Assembly (NCBI GenBank): GCA_964007735.1
Contig: CAXGAI010000004.1
Span: 62,001 to 126,000 of the forward strand
DNA length: 64,000 nucleotides
Direction of reading: 5' to 3'
From: an uncultured Rhodopirellula sp.
Lineage (GTDB): Bacteria; Planctomycetota; Planctomycetia; Pirellulales; Pirellulaceae
Below are positions 9,477-19,443 of the stretch, one piece after another. Position 1 is the stretch's first letter. Every line of letters begins with the position of its first letter. The notes beneath the pieces were generated by a model. It made no database searches. It was given only the letters and a program-made list of their open reading frames with translations, and had not been told where the DNA came from. The translations under genes were made by a program, and so were the position numbers.

Positions 9477-9484
9477 GTAGTACT

Positions 9485-11032
9485 ATGAGTCGAAATTTCC
9501 TCGCCATTGGTCTGTTACTGAGTTGTTGTTTGGTTGGCACTGCTCAGGCTAAAGAACGCCCAAACATTCTGTTTATTTTTACTGACGACCAATCTCACCG
9601 TACGGTGAGTTGCTACGATCAGGCTTATGACTGGGTAAATACTCCGAATATTGATCAGTTGGCCTCAACGGGAGTCCGCTTTGCGCAGGCTTATATTGGA
9701 ACCTGGTGTATGCCATCGCGTGCAACCCAGCTGACCGGCTATCATCAGTTTGGTGTGGAGTCGATGAGGATGGAAGGTGTGTATCCCGGGAGCGCTTATG
9801 ACCCGGAGAAAACTCCTTTTTGGCCTAGTGTTTTCCGCCGGCATGGGTACACCACCGCACAGATCGGTAAGTGGCATACTGGCGTTGATAATGGTTATGG
9901 TCGCGACTGGGATCACCAGATCGTCTGGAACCGTCCCGCTCATCCGGATAATGCGGGTAACTACTTTGATGACCAAATTGTCGAAATCAACGGTGTAAGT
10001 ACTCGCGTGCAAGGTTACACCACGGATTGGTACACGGAACGTGCCGCCCAATTTATTCGCGGTGACGAACGCGATAACGAGCAGCCTTGGTATTTGTGGT
10101 TGTGTTATGGAGCAGTCCACGGACCATTCACTCCGGCCAAACGTCACTTTGATGCCTATCCGGACGCGCAAGTACCTGTTCCTCAAGATATCTTTACCGG
10201 CGATAATCGGGCTGATAAGCCAAAGTACGTCCAAATTCGCGATCGATGGGCATTAGATAAAAATGGTGTGCCGGAATTGAAATCGGGAGTTCAGCAGCGA
10301 ACCGTAAAGAATGCTCCCATTCACGGCAACACGTTGCAGAACTGGGTGCGGCAATATCAACAGGGTGTACTAGCGATTGATGATGCTGTTGGAAAATTAG
10401 TTCAGACATTGAAAGAAACGGGGCAATACGAGAATACTTTGATCGTATTCGCTGCGGATCAGGGAATTGCCTGGGGACAAAAAGGATTCCAACAGAAAAT
10501 TGCACCGTATGATGCCAATATTCGTGGGCCACTTATTATGAGCTACCCGGGTAAAATTCGGGAGGGTGGGGTTGTGAATGAGCCTGTTGGAGGAGTTGAT
10601 TTACCACCGACGTTTTTTCACTACGCGAGCCTGCCATTACCATGGCAAATGCACGGACATAATCTGGCTCCAGTCCTCAAAAACCCGAAAAAGAAATGGC
10701 GACATCCCACGTTGACGGTCATGACCGGGCAAAATTACGGAAGTGCAACAGACGTTGTGCCGACGGAAGATAATATTTTGTTGGCGACAGCGAAAGTTCC
10801 ATGGTGGGTATCACTCGCTGAGGGAGACTTTAAGTACATTCGTACTTTGGTTGAAGGTGAAGTTGAGGAACTCTATGACCTCAAGTCAGATCCACAGGAA
10901 TTGGTGAATCTGGCGATGAAACCCCAGTATCTTTCCAGATTGAGGGCCATGCGGGCAGCCACCATTACTGAATTGAAGCGTACCGATGCGGGCATGGTTG
11001 ACAACTTACCGGGATTCTCGACTCCGCAATAA
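9485..11032 (+). CDS. Sulfatase (Cys-type)
   Basis: Signal peptide, PNILFIFTDD, CMPSRATQLTG, GKWH, ADQG, ELYDLKSDP. Confidence 0.9.
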   Translation: MSRNFLAIGLLLSCCLVGTAQAKERPNILFIFTDDQSHRTVSCYDQAYDWVNTPNIDQLASTGVRFAQAYIGTWCMPSRATQLTGYHQFGVESMRMEGVYPGSAYDPEKTPFWPSVFRRHGYTTAQIGKWHTGVDNGYGRDWDHQIVWNRPAHPDNAGNYFDDQIVEINGVSTRVQGYTTDWYTERAAQFIRGDERDNEQPWYLWLCYGAVHGPFTPAKRHFDAYPDAQVPVPQDIFTGDNRADKPKYVQIRDRWALDKNGVPELKSGVQQRTVKNAPIHGNTLQNWVRQYQQGVLAIDDAVGKLVQTLKETGQYENTLIVFAADQGIAWGQKGFQQKIAPYDANIRGPLIMSYPGKIREGGVVNEPVGGVDLPPTFFHYASLPLPWQMHGHNLAPVLKNPKKKWRHPTLTVMTGQNYGSATDVVPTEDNILLATAKVPWWVSLAEGDFKYIRTLVEGEVEELYDLKSDPQELVNLAMKPQYLSRLRAMRAATITELKRTDAGMVDNLPGFSTPQ

Positions 11033-11186
11033 AAACCTTTATGTCACTAAGGTTGGGTGCCCCGAGATTGCAGCAAATCATTTGCTTTCGAATTGATCCA
11101 CAATTAATTTCTCGACCGTTTTAACCACATTGAAAGCGACACGAGTCTGCTAAACCAACGGTAGCAGAACTCGTCCACCAACTCAG

Positions 11187-11564
11187 CTACGTTATTGGTG
11201 GAATCATCTTATGTGCAGTGGCTCGTCCCAACGCCAGAAATATCGCAGGGGTTATATAAAGCCAGATCATAGCGGCCAGTTGCGGGTTTTGCGTTAATCG
11301 GGCCGTGATCCCCATAGCAATCAGAATCAGGTAAGAGCTCGTAGCAAACCAGGGATAGAGCGAGCGTGCATGAATCATGCTGCGAACCAGTAATTCCCCA
11401 AAGTGGAAAATCATCATGGACAGAATGATGGAAGCCCAAAGGATAAGAATGCCATTGGTTCCCTGGATTTTATAGAAATGAGTCTCAAAGTTAGCTCGTG
11501 TGAACAGCATTAGAATGGCGATTAGCGGAGTAGTAGCAACAATAGTCGGAAATATAAATCGCAT
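11187..11564 (-). CDS. Hypothetical membrane protein (about 4 TM helices)
   Basis: 125-aa hydrophobic ORF filling the gap between two sulfatases. Confidence 0.55.
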   Translation of the reverse strand: MRFIFPTIVATTPLIAILMLFTRANFETHFYKIQGTNGILILWASIILSMMIFHFGELLVRSMIHARSLYPWFATSSYLILIAMGITARLTQNPQLAAMIWLYITPAIFLALGRATAHKMIPPIT

Positions 11565-11737
11565 AGCCTAATTCAAAAATTGGATTTCAGATGTCTTAAA
11601 GTACTTGTCGGTTTATCCTAGTGTTCAATCGACGATCGGTCTGTCCTTACTTTTGGGACTAGGACACACACCATGTAGTGTTTTTGCTACATTCAAGTAC
11701 TACAAACCGATGCCCGATTGATTTAAAAGGTAATGTC

Positions 11738-13177
11738 GTGACGAAATCGCTTCGCTGTTTTCTGCTTCTGTTTTCCTGCCTTGGTAGCAGTTCCTCGGTT
11801 AGTACAGCCGAACAAGCTACCGTAATAAAAAAACAGCCTAATGTGCTATTAATATGTGTCGATGACCTTCGACCTGAGTTACGGTCTTTTGGTGCGGAAT
11901 ACATTCATTCGCCCAATATCGACGCTTTGGCAGCTGCTGGTCGCGCTTTTCATCATCACTTTGTGCAGGCACCGACTTGCGGTGCCTCTAGATATACTCT
12001 GCTTACCGGGCAGTACGGTCCAGCAGGCAATGGAGCACTGTTTCAACGGGCAGCTCGAGTGAAGACAGATGCCTCTTTAGTAACTCCAAGCTTGCCAGCC
12101 TGGTTTCGTCAGCATGGTTACACGACGGTTTCTGTGGGAAAAGTTTCGCATCATCCTGGCGGTCGTGGTGGGCCGGACTGGAATGACAAAAACCAATTAG
12201 AAATGCCTCACAGTTGGGATCGCCATTTATTACCAGCCGGAGCATGGCAGCATCCACGTGGATGGATGCACGGCTTAGCTAATGGAGAGATACGGAAGAA
12301 TGCGAAGGATATGGATCTTTTTCAGTCTCAAGCCGGAGGAGATGAGATATACCCAGACGGAGTGTCGATCAATGAAGCGTTGCGACAGTTGACATCTTTG
12401 TCTGAGTCAAAGGTTCCGTACTTTCTGGCAGTAGGAGTATTAAGACCACACCTGCCATTCGGTGCACCGGCCAAGTATTTTGAATTATATAAAGATACGG
12501 AATTACCGAAAATAGCTCACGCTGAAAAGCCAAGGGGGAAAACGACTTGGCACGGTTCCGGTGAGTTTATGAAATACAACCGTTGGGGACGAAATCCTAA
12601 TACGGATGCTGACTTTGCGATCGACGTGCGAAAGGCATATGCTGCCTGTGTTAGTTATGCTGATGCACAAGTAGGGCGGTTGATAAATCGATTGGATCAG
12701 TTAGGTCAACGTGACAATACGATCATTGTCCTGTGGGGAGATCATGGCTGGCACCTAGGTGAACACTCAATTTGGGGAAAACATGCTTTGTTTGAAGAGT
12801 CGTTGCATTCTCCTCTGATCATCAGCACACCTAAAATGAGTCACGTCGGGGAAGCGACGCAAGCAATGGTTGAAACACTTGATATTTTTCCGACATTATG
12901 TGAACTCGCAAAGCTCGAGATTCCCACCAACCTGGATGGAGTATCACTTCTGCCTTTACTGCTTAACCCGCAGGGTAAAGGACACGCAGCCATTGGTTAC
13001 GCAGGTCGGGCTAAGACAATTCGCTCAGATACCCATCGATTAATCCTCCATAACGACGGTTTTACGGAACTGTATGACCATACTTCGGCCGAGAAGGAAA
13101 CCAGCAACGTTGCTGAAGCTTATCCGGACGTTGTCTCCAGACTGACGATAGAATTGCAACAACGTCTTGGTAGGTAA
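11738..13177 (+). CDS. Sulfatase (iduronate-2-sulfatase-like)
   Basis: [50 protein letters not shown] 11738 follows AAAGGT. Confidence 0.9.
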   Translation: MTKSLRCFLLLFSCLGSSSSVSTAEQATVIKKQPNVLLICVDDLRPELRSFGAEYIHSPNIDALAAAGRAFHHHFVQAPTCGASRYTLLTGQYGPAGNGALFQRAARVKTDASLVTPSLPAWFRQHGYTTVSVGKVSHHPGGRGGPDWNDKNQLEMPHSWDRHLLPAGAWQHPRGWMHGLANGEIRKNAKDMDLFQSQAGGDEIYPDGVSINEALRQLTSLSESKVPYFLAVGVLRPHLPFGAPAKYFELYKDTELPKIAHAEKPRGKTTWHGSGEFMKYNRWGRNPNTDADFAIDVRKAYAACVSYADAQVGRLINRLDQLGQRDNTIIVLWGDHGWHLGEHSIWGKHALFEESLHSPLIISTPKMSHVGEATQAMVETLDIFPTLCELAKLEIPTNLDGVSLLPLLLNPQGKGHAAIGYAGRAKTIRSDTHRLILHNDGFTELYDHTSAEKETSNVAEAYPDVVSRLTIELQQRLGR

Positions 13178-13185
13178 GAACTGAT

Positions 13186-13944
13186 ATGTCACCGATTACG
13201 GCAGAGTTATTAGAGCATTTTCAGCAACAAGGCTATGTTGTTTTGCGAGAGTATTTGTCAGGCGATGAAGTTGCCGAAATGCTCAATGAGGTACAGCGAT
13301 TTATTAATGATGTCATTCCCACGCTGGCTTCTGAAGAAGCTTTTTATGAAGACAAATCGCGGCCTGAGACGTTAAAGCAAATTCACCGCATGTGTGAATA
13401 TGACAGTTTTTTTACCAAGCAAATGGCAGGGCCACGTTTTTTACCTCTGGCTCAAGCACTACTGCAAGCGGATGTCGTTGTGAAGAACATGCAGTACTTT
13501 AACAAACCACCGCTGATTGGTGAACCTACGCCACCCCATCAGGATGGCTACTACTTTATGCTCGAGCCCAACGAAGCATTAACGATGTGGCTAGCACTGG
13601 AACAGGTTGACGAAGAGAACGGTTGTGTCCGATATATTCCCGGCTCACATTTGACAGGTATGAGACCTCATGGAAAATCCGGTACCCTTGGGTTCTCCCA
13701 GGGGATTCAGGACTATACCGAGGAGGACATTCAAAGGGAAGAGCCCATTCCGGCGGAGCCGGGAGACTTAATAATCCATCATGCAATGACGGTCCATCGC
13801 GCTAATGGAAATCACTCCGAGTTCCGGCATCGTCGAGCGATGGGAATGGTGTATTATTCCACTGAAGCGACGGTGGCTCGCGACAAAGTCACAGCGTATC
13901 AACAAAGTTTGGTGGAAGAACTCACAGCTGAAGGTAAAATTTAA
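13186..13944 (+). CDS. Phytanoyl-CoA dioxygenase (PhyH) family Fe(II)/2-oxoglutarate dioxygenase
   Basis: FQQQGYVV, TPPHQD (HxD), TMWLALE..DEENGC..IPGSH, distal His in TVHR, RRA. Confidence 0.9.
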   Translation: MSPITAELLEHFQQQGYVVLREYLSGDEVAEMLNEVQRFINDVIPTLASEEAFYEDKSRPETLKQIHRMCEYDSFFTKQMAGPRFLPLAQALLQADVVVKNMQYFNKPPLIGEPTPPHQDGYYFMLEPNEALTMWLALEQVDEENGCVRYIPGSHLTGMRPHGKSGTLGFSQGIQDYTEEDIQREEPIPAEPGDLIIHHAMTVHRANGNHSEFRHRRAMGMVYYSTEATVARDKVTAYQQSLVEELTAEGKI

Positions 13945-14844
13945 CTAGCCCTTCGATAAATTGCCGATGGCTTCTTCAATCAGCTTTTTCGAAGCTAGGA
14001 CCCCTGGTATTGGCTTGAGTTTACTGCCTTCCCATTCGATTGTGAGGAATCCGCGATAGTCTCCGTGATCAATAATTTTCAATAGTCGGTTGTAATCGAA
14101 ATGAGGCTGTTTGCCATTGTCATCGAAGCTGTGCATTTTACAGCTAATAGTGACGGTATAGGGCATCATGGCCTCCGTACCGCTATATACGTTGTTAACC
14201 TGTTTCCCAAAGTCAGGCATTAGCCTTAAGGCAGGATGATTCAGTTGTTTACAAATTTCGGCGAGAAAAGCTCCACGCTGGCTTAGCTTGGAAGCGCCGG
14301 GTTCAATAACAATCATGACATCTTTTTTAGCTGCGGCATCAGCTAATGGTTTTAAGGCTTCGATACTCGCCTGAATACCTGTTGGCTCATTTTCTCCCGG
14401 GGCACGTAGGAATACACGTAAGTACTGTGCACCGAGCGTCGCAGCACGATCGATGGATGGAAGCAGATTCCGGCGACTTGCTTCGGCTTTTTCCGGGTGG
14501 GCATCGAGGGCCCCGGTCATAAGTAGAAAGGTTTTTGTTCCGGCATCCTCACTGCGTTTACGAAGTTTGCTGAGGTAGTCTTTATCGTCTAATTTCTCAG
14601 CCGGGAGTCCGCCTTCCCAAAGATCAATTGCCTTGATACCGAAGGTGTCGACGGTGTATTGAGGGTAGTCGAGTGGATCTAACGACCCATCTTTGAACAT
14701 GCTTCGCAGTGAATACTGACTTAGGCCGATTTCATACTTGGGAGTTTTGGCGAAGGTATTGGCGTGTAGCAGCCCAGGTAATGCTATGCCCGCGAAGGCC
14801 AATTGACTTGTGTGAGAAATGAATTGTCGACGTGAGGCGTTCAT
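13945..14844 (-). CDS. Sugar phosphate isomerase/epimerase (xylose-isomerase-like TIM barrel), Tat signal
   Basis: SRRQFI twin-arginine signal, IGLSQYSLR, PDFG, YRGFLTIEWEG. Confidence 0.8.
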   Translation of the reverse strand: MNASRRQFISHTSQLAFAGIALPGLLHANTFAKTPKYEIGLSQYSLRSMFKDGSLDPLDYPQYTVDTFGIKAIDLWEGGLPAEKLDDKDYLSKLRKRSEDAGTKTFLLMTGALDAHPEKAEASRRNLLPSIDRAATLGAQYLRVFLRAPGENEPTGIQASIEALKPLADAAAKKDVMIVIEPGASKLSQRGAFLAEICKQLNHPALRLMPDFGKQVNNVYSGTEAMMPYTVTISCKMHSFDDNGKQPHFDYNRLLKIIDHGDYRGFLTIEWEGSKLKPIPGVLASKKLIEEAIGNLSKG

Positions 14845-14968
14845 GATATTTTCCCTTTGTATTCTTAGAGCTTGTGGTGACAAAATTATACCTCAGGATG
14901 AGGTAGGTTTCCGTCCGGCAATCCCCACAAGAATTGTTTAGGTTTGTGAATTTGGAGAGTGAGCTGTC

Positions 14969-14974
14969 TATAAT
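14969..14974 (+). promoter_or_regulatory. Possible -10 element (TATAAT) for the 15016 operon
   Basis: Consensus TATAAT about 40 nt upstream of the ATG; no convincing -35. Confidence 0.35.
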
Positions 14975-15015
14975 AAATGACTTAATCTGAAATTTCTAAT
15001 TGAATATCTATTCCA

Positions 15016-17877
15016 ATGCTGCCTCGATGTCTTAGCTTGTCTTTGCTTGTGCTCCTTCCTGTTCTGGTGGTTCATGCTCAGGATGAATGGCAATACTCAC
15101 AGGTCGTACGGCCCGAAATACCAGTGGTTGGCCTGGAGGCTTGGCCGCGTTCTGAATTGGATCGCTTTGTTCTGGCAAAATTGGAAGGCAAACAATTAGT
15201 CCCGGCAACTGAGGCCGATAAAACGATTTTAGTTCGTCGACTTTATTTGGATTTGTTGGGCGTACCACCGACGGTAGACGAACAAGATAAATTCCTTAGG
15301 GATGACCGGCCCGATGCGTATGGTAATCTCGTCAATCGGCTGTTGGAAGACAAACGGTATGGTGAGCATTGGGCACGATATTGGTTGGATCTGGCTCGGT
15401 ATGCTGATACTGCGGGCTATGAAGGAGATCCAGACCTGCCTTATGCATGGCGTTACAGAGATTACGTAATCGACTCACTTAATCGTGATAAGCCGTATGA
15501 TCAATTTGTTCTTGAGCAATTGGCGGGGGACGAATTAGTGGATATTACCGGAGCAGGGGAACTTCCGAATCCTTCAGCCGAAAATTTAGTTGCGCTTACA
15601 TTCCTGCGACTGGCTCCGTTTACTGAGCCACGTGGTGATGAATCCCGTCACGAAATGCTAAGCGAAATGACGACGACCGTGAGTAGCGTTTTTCTTGGTC
15701 TTACCGTCGGATGCGCTAAATGTCATGACCATAAGTATGACCCGATCCCAACGAAGGATTTTTATCGTATGAAGGCATTCTTTGCCACGGTTGCCATTCC
15801 ACCTCCTCGACGAGGGGATGGGTTCCAGATTGGGGGTCCCACTCAAGCCGCTTTTTATCGTGATGGCGAAGAAGCCTGGGTAAAGCAGAAGCGTATGACA
15901 TTGGAACAAGATGCGAGTGAGGCAGGATCTCGTGCAAGCGAAATGTTGACTGTTTTTCGTAACCGACTTGGGATTAGTCCGGGCTTTGGTATTCAGGCAT
16001 TAGGAGGTGATTTTGGAAATGACTACTTTTTCGATCAAAAACACGTGACGGATCATCGACCCCACACCACAGTTATCACATCCTCAGAATCGAACTGGAT
16101 GTTTTATACCGATGGTGAAGCATCGACAGAACAGGGTAGTCTTTCGGGCAAGAATCAGGGCCATTGGTATGCTGGCTTGAGAAATCCTGAATACGTGACG
16201 ATCGGTGCTGCCACAAACGGTAGCGGTGATTTCAAAACGGCAGCTTTCAACGGTCGTTTGGCTCAACTAATGATCTTTGACCGTGTTCTTTCCGCGGAAC
16301 AGATAAAGCTCGACTGGCAAGCCATCTCAAAATTAGATGGGTTGCAATTTTGGTTAGATGCTGCCGATCTGGATGCTAATCCGGAAACCCCTAATCCAAA
16401 TGCCGGTGAGGATGTCAAGAGCTGGAAAGATAAAGTGAGCGGAGTTGAGTTGTCTACTATGGGGGATGAACGAGTTCCTCAGCTTGCAGCCTTGCCTCAA
16501 TCAACGACGCCAGCCGTTGTTTTCGACGATGATTTTCTTCGTGGCTCGGCTGAAGGTTTGCCATTTTTGGATTCTAAAGAAGGTACGATTGTTACGGTCT
16601 TTAGCAGTCAGGATGACGACGAATCATACCTTTTTGAAGTTGGTGGTCAGGGGCAGTTCGTGACCACCTTTGTTAATCCGGTGGCCCGTGGTGAGAATGC
16701 CGTCGATAAGATCATTGCCGACGATAAAAGCGACTTGATTACTGCTCAGGAGCGAGAAGAGTATTTAGATCTCGTAAACAAAAGCAAATTTGTCCAGCAG
16801 CATCTGCGGCGATTGGAGCCATGGGCAATGACCCTGCGGCATTCTTTCGGTCCTCCGTATGAGCCAGGTGTTCCGACATCACGGATTATGGTGCGTGGTG
16901 AGTGGGATAATCCAGGTGAAGTCGTCGAGCCAGGTTTTTTGAGTGTGATTACCGGGAACGAGGATGCGGCGGCAATTCGTTTGGATACTTTTAAACGCTG
17001 GCCAACTCGTAGTCGGCGCAAAGCCCTAGCTGATTGGATAGTCGATAAAGAGAATCCACTAACCGCCAGGGTGATGGTGAATCGAATATGGTATCGGCAC
17101 TTTGGCCGAGGAATTGTCGAGACTACCAGTGATTTTGGAAATCTCAGTGGCGGCCCGTCTCATCCTCAATTGCTGGATTACCTTGCCAGTGAGTTTATGG
17201 AGCATGGTTGGAGCTTGAAGCATATTCACCGTTTGATTTGTAACAGTAGTACGTATCAGCAGGAGAGTGATGTGGTCAACGAAAGTGCTACTCAAGTTGA
17301 CCCCGAAAATACGTTGTTATGGAGTTTCCCGATTCGCAGACTCGGTGCAGAGGTAGTGCGGGATAGAATTCTTTCGGTTTCTGGAAGATTGAACTCCGAG
17401 AGTTTTGGTTTGCCAATTTTCCCTCCATTACCGGGCGGAATTGAAGATCGAGTGAAATATGACAACAGTAAATGGGCGACGCAGTATGGTGCGGAAGGCC
17501 GTCGAAGAAGTATTTATATTTATCAGCAACGTACGCTGAATATGCCCTTGCTGCAAACGTTTGATGCTCCGGTCTGCGATGAATCGCGGCCCAGACGCCG
17601 CGCTAGCACAACGGCTTTGCAGGCTTTGGCCATGTATAACGGTCCGTTGGTCACTATGGAGGTCGAGCACTTTGCAGATCGCGTTTTAGCGGGTGCCCCT
17701 CAAGATTCTGCAGAGCGGATTGCTTTGGCAGTACGATTGGCTCTTTGCAGAAAAGTAACCGACGAGGAGTTGCAGGAACTGTCGAACTTCTACAAAACGT
17801 TTGATGATCCGCGTGAAGCGATGATTAGTATTTGTCGAGTTTTATATAATACGAGCGAGTTCCTTTATCTGGATTAG
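15016..17877 (+). CDS. DUF1549/DUF1553 (PSD1) protein with internal circularly permuted LamG-like domain; no N-terminal cytochrome domain
   Basis: YGEHWARYWLDLARYAD, CAKCHDHKYDP, NPLTARVMVNRIW..HFGRGIV, PSHPQLLDYLA, C-terminus NTSEFLYLD. Confidence 0.9.
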   Translation: MLPRCLSLSLLVLLPVLVVHAQDEWQYSQVVRPEIPVVGLEAWPRSELDRFVLAKLEGKQLVPATEADKTILVRRLYLDLLGVPPTVDEQDKFLRDDRPDAYGNLVNRLLEDKRYGEHWARYWLDLARYADTAGYEGDPDLPYAWRYRDYVIDSLNRDKPYDQFVLEQLAGDELVDITGAGELPNPSAENLVALTFLRLAPFTEPRGDESRHEMLSEMTTTVSSVFLGLTVGCAKCHDHKYDPIPTKDFYRMKAFFATVAIPPPRRGDGFQIGGPTQAAFYRDGEEAWVKQKRMTLEQDASEAGSRASEMLTVFRNRLGISPGFGIQALGGDFGNDYFFDQKHVTDHRPHTTVITSSESNWMFYTDGEASTEQGSLSGKNQGHWYAGLRNPEYVTIGAATNGSGDFKTAAFNGRLAQLMIFDRVLSAEQIKLDWQAISKLDGLQFWLDAADLDANPETPNPNAGEDVKSWKDKVSGVELSTMGDERVPQLAALPQSTTPAVVFDDDFLRGSAEGLPFLDSKEGTIVTVFSSQDDDESYLFEVGGQGQFVTTFVNPVARGENAVDKIIADDKSDLITAQEREEYLDLVNKSKFVQQHLRRLEPWAMTLRHSFGPPYEPGVPTSRIMVRGEWDNPGEVVEPGFLSVITGNEDAAAIRLDTFKRWPTRSRRKALADWIVDKENPLTARVMVNRIWYRHFGRGIVETTSDFGNLSGGPSHPQLLDYLASEFMEHGWSLKHIHRLICNSSTYQQESDVVNESATQVDPENTLLWSFPIRRLGAEVVRDRILSVSGRLNSESFGLPIFPPLPGGIEDRVKYDNSKWATQYGAEGRRRSIYIYQQRTLNMPLLQTFDAPVCDESRPRRRASTTALQALAMYNGPLVTMEVEHFADRVLAGAPQDSAERIALAVRLALCRKVTDEELQELSNFYKTFDDPREAMISICRVLYNTSEFLYLD

Positions 17878-17883
17878 TTTGCG

Positions 17884-19305
17884 ATGTTTTCACGACGCAC
17901 AATATTGGCTAATACATTAAACGGTCTGGGTATGCTGGCACTGACCGACATCCTGCAGGCTACCGAAGAGAATTCACTTCGGCCGTTCGCTCCACGCCCT
18001 CAGCATATTTCAAGAAAAGCGAAACGCTGTATTTTTGTATTCATGCAGGGCGGTGTTAGCCAGATGGATTCATTTGAGTACAAGCCGGAGTTAAATCGTT
18101 ATCATGGGAAACGCATTCCGGGCTCACACGACGTGCGTGGTGAATTGCAGGGTCGAATCTCCCATCCGCATTCTTTGGTCGGAAGCCCCTTTAAGTTTCG
18201 ACAGTATGGGCAATCACAGCGTTACGTGTCTGAGTTGTTTCCACGTATTGCGGGACATATTGATAAACTTGCTTTTATTCATGGTATTGAAACAGACAAT
18301 CCTAATCACGGCCCCTCTACCTTGCATGTGACAACCGGCAGTCAATTTCCAGGAAGTGCATCGTTAGGAAGCTGGGTCACCTACGGTCTGGGAACACAAA
18401 ATGACAATATGCCGGCTTATATGGTTGTTCAGGATCCTCGCGGTGCACCGGTTAATGGTGCACACACCTGGGGTAACGGTTTTTTACCAGCGGCATATCA
18501 AGGCACGCTATTACGAAATCAAGGGACACCCATACTCAATCTGGATTTACCTCGCGGTCTGAATCGTGAAAGGCAGCGTGGAGAATTGGATCAACTGCGG
18601 AAGTTTAACAAGCGATTTAGTCAGAAGTATCCGGACGCGACAGAATTGGAAGCCAGAATTGAAGCTTACGAGCTTGCTTATCGTATGCAAACGACGGCAC
18701 CTGATTTGGTAGATCTTTCTAAAGAGCCGGAGCACATTCATAAACTATATGGATTAGATAATCCGCAGACTGAAGGCTTTGGGCGACAGTGTCTCATGGC
18801 GCGCCGATTGGCTGAAAGTGGTGTACGTTACACCATGCTTATCCATGGTGTACAAATCGGCGGAAATAGTTGGGATCATCACGGAGATGTGAAAGGCCGT
18901 ATGATTCGTCAATCTGCTGAAGTGGATACTCCGGTGGCAGCATTGCTGACTGATCTGCAGCAGCGGGATATGTTGCAGGATACGTTAGTAGTCTGGGCTT
19001 CTGAAATGGGTCGGACTCCCTTTGTTCCTGGTAGTATTGGGGGCTCGCCAGGGCGTGACCACAATAAGTATGGACTGGTGATGTGGATGGCCGGAGGAAA
19101 TGTTAAAGCCGGTGCAACGATCGGTGGCACAGACGACTTTAGTTTACGAGCTGCAGAGGAACCGATTCATATTCGTAATGTGCATGCGACGCTGCTCGAT
19201 CTCATGGGGCTCGATGATGAGTTGCTACGCTATCTGCATGCTGGTCGATATCGTCGCCTAACGGATATCGGTGGCGAAGTTCTGCACGATATGATTGACG
19301 CCTAA
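17884..19305 (+). CDS. DUF1501 protein (Tat signal)
   Basis: SRRTIL, FMQGGVSQMDSF, YELAYRMQ, WDHH, SEMGRTP, GRDH. Confidence 0.9.
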   Translation: MFSRRTILANTLNGLGMLALTDILQATEENSLRPFAPRPQHISRKAKRCIFVFMQGGVSQMDSFEYKPELNRYHGKRIPGSHDVRGELQGRISHPHSLVGSPFKFRQYGQSQRYVSELFPRIAGHIDKLAFIHGIETDNPNHGPSTLHVTTGSQFPGSASLGSWVTYGLGTQNDNMPAYMVVQDPRGAPVNGAHTWGNGFLPAAYQGTLLRNQGTPILNLDLPRGLNRERQRGELDQLRKFNKRFSQKYPDATELEARIEAYELAYRMQTTAPDLVDLSKEPEHIHKLYGLDNPQTEGFGRQCLMARRLAESGVRYTMLIHGVQIGGNSWDHHGDVKGRMIRQSAEVDTPVAALLTDLQQRDMLQDTLVVWASEMGRTPFVPGSIGGSPGRDHNKYGLVMWMAGGNVKAGATIGGTDDFSLRAAEEPIHIRNVHATLLDLMGLDDELLRYLHAGRYRRLTDIGGEVLHDMIDA

Positions 19306-19443
19306 GGTTCGTTGGATTGTGATATCCCAGTTTTTCTCAACGACCTGACGATCGATGGTAGAACCCCTTCGAGATACACCAATGTTCTGTGAGCCTGATG
19401 ACTTCAGTGGTGAACCAGATCGCTGTCGACAAGAGAATATAGA

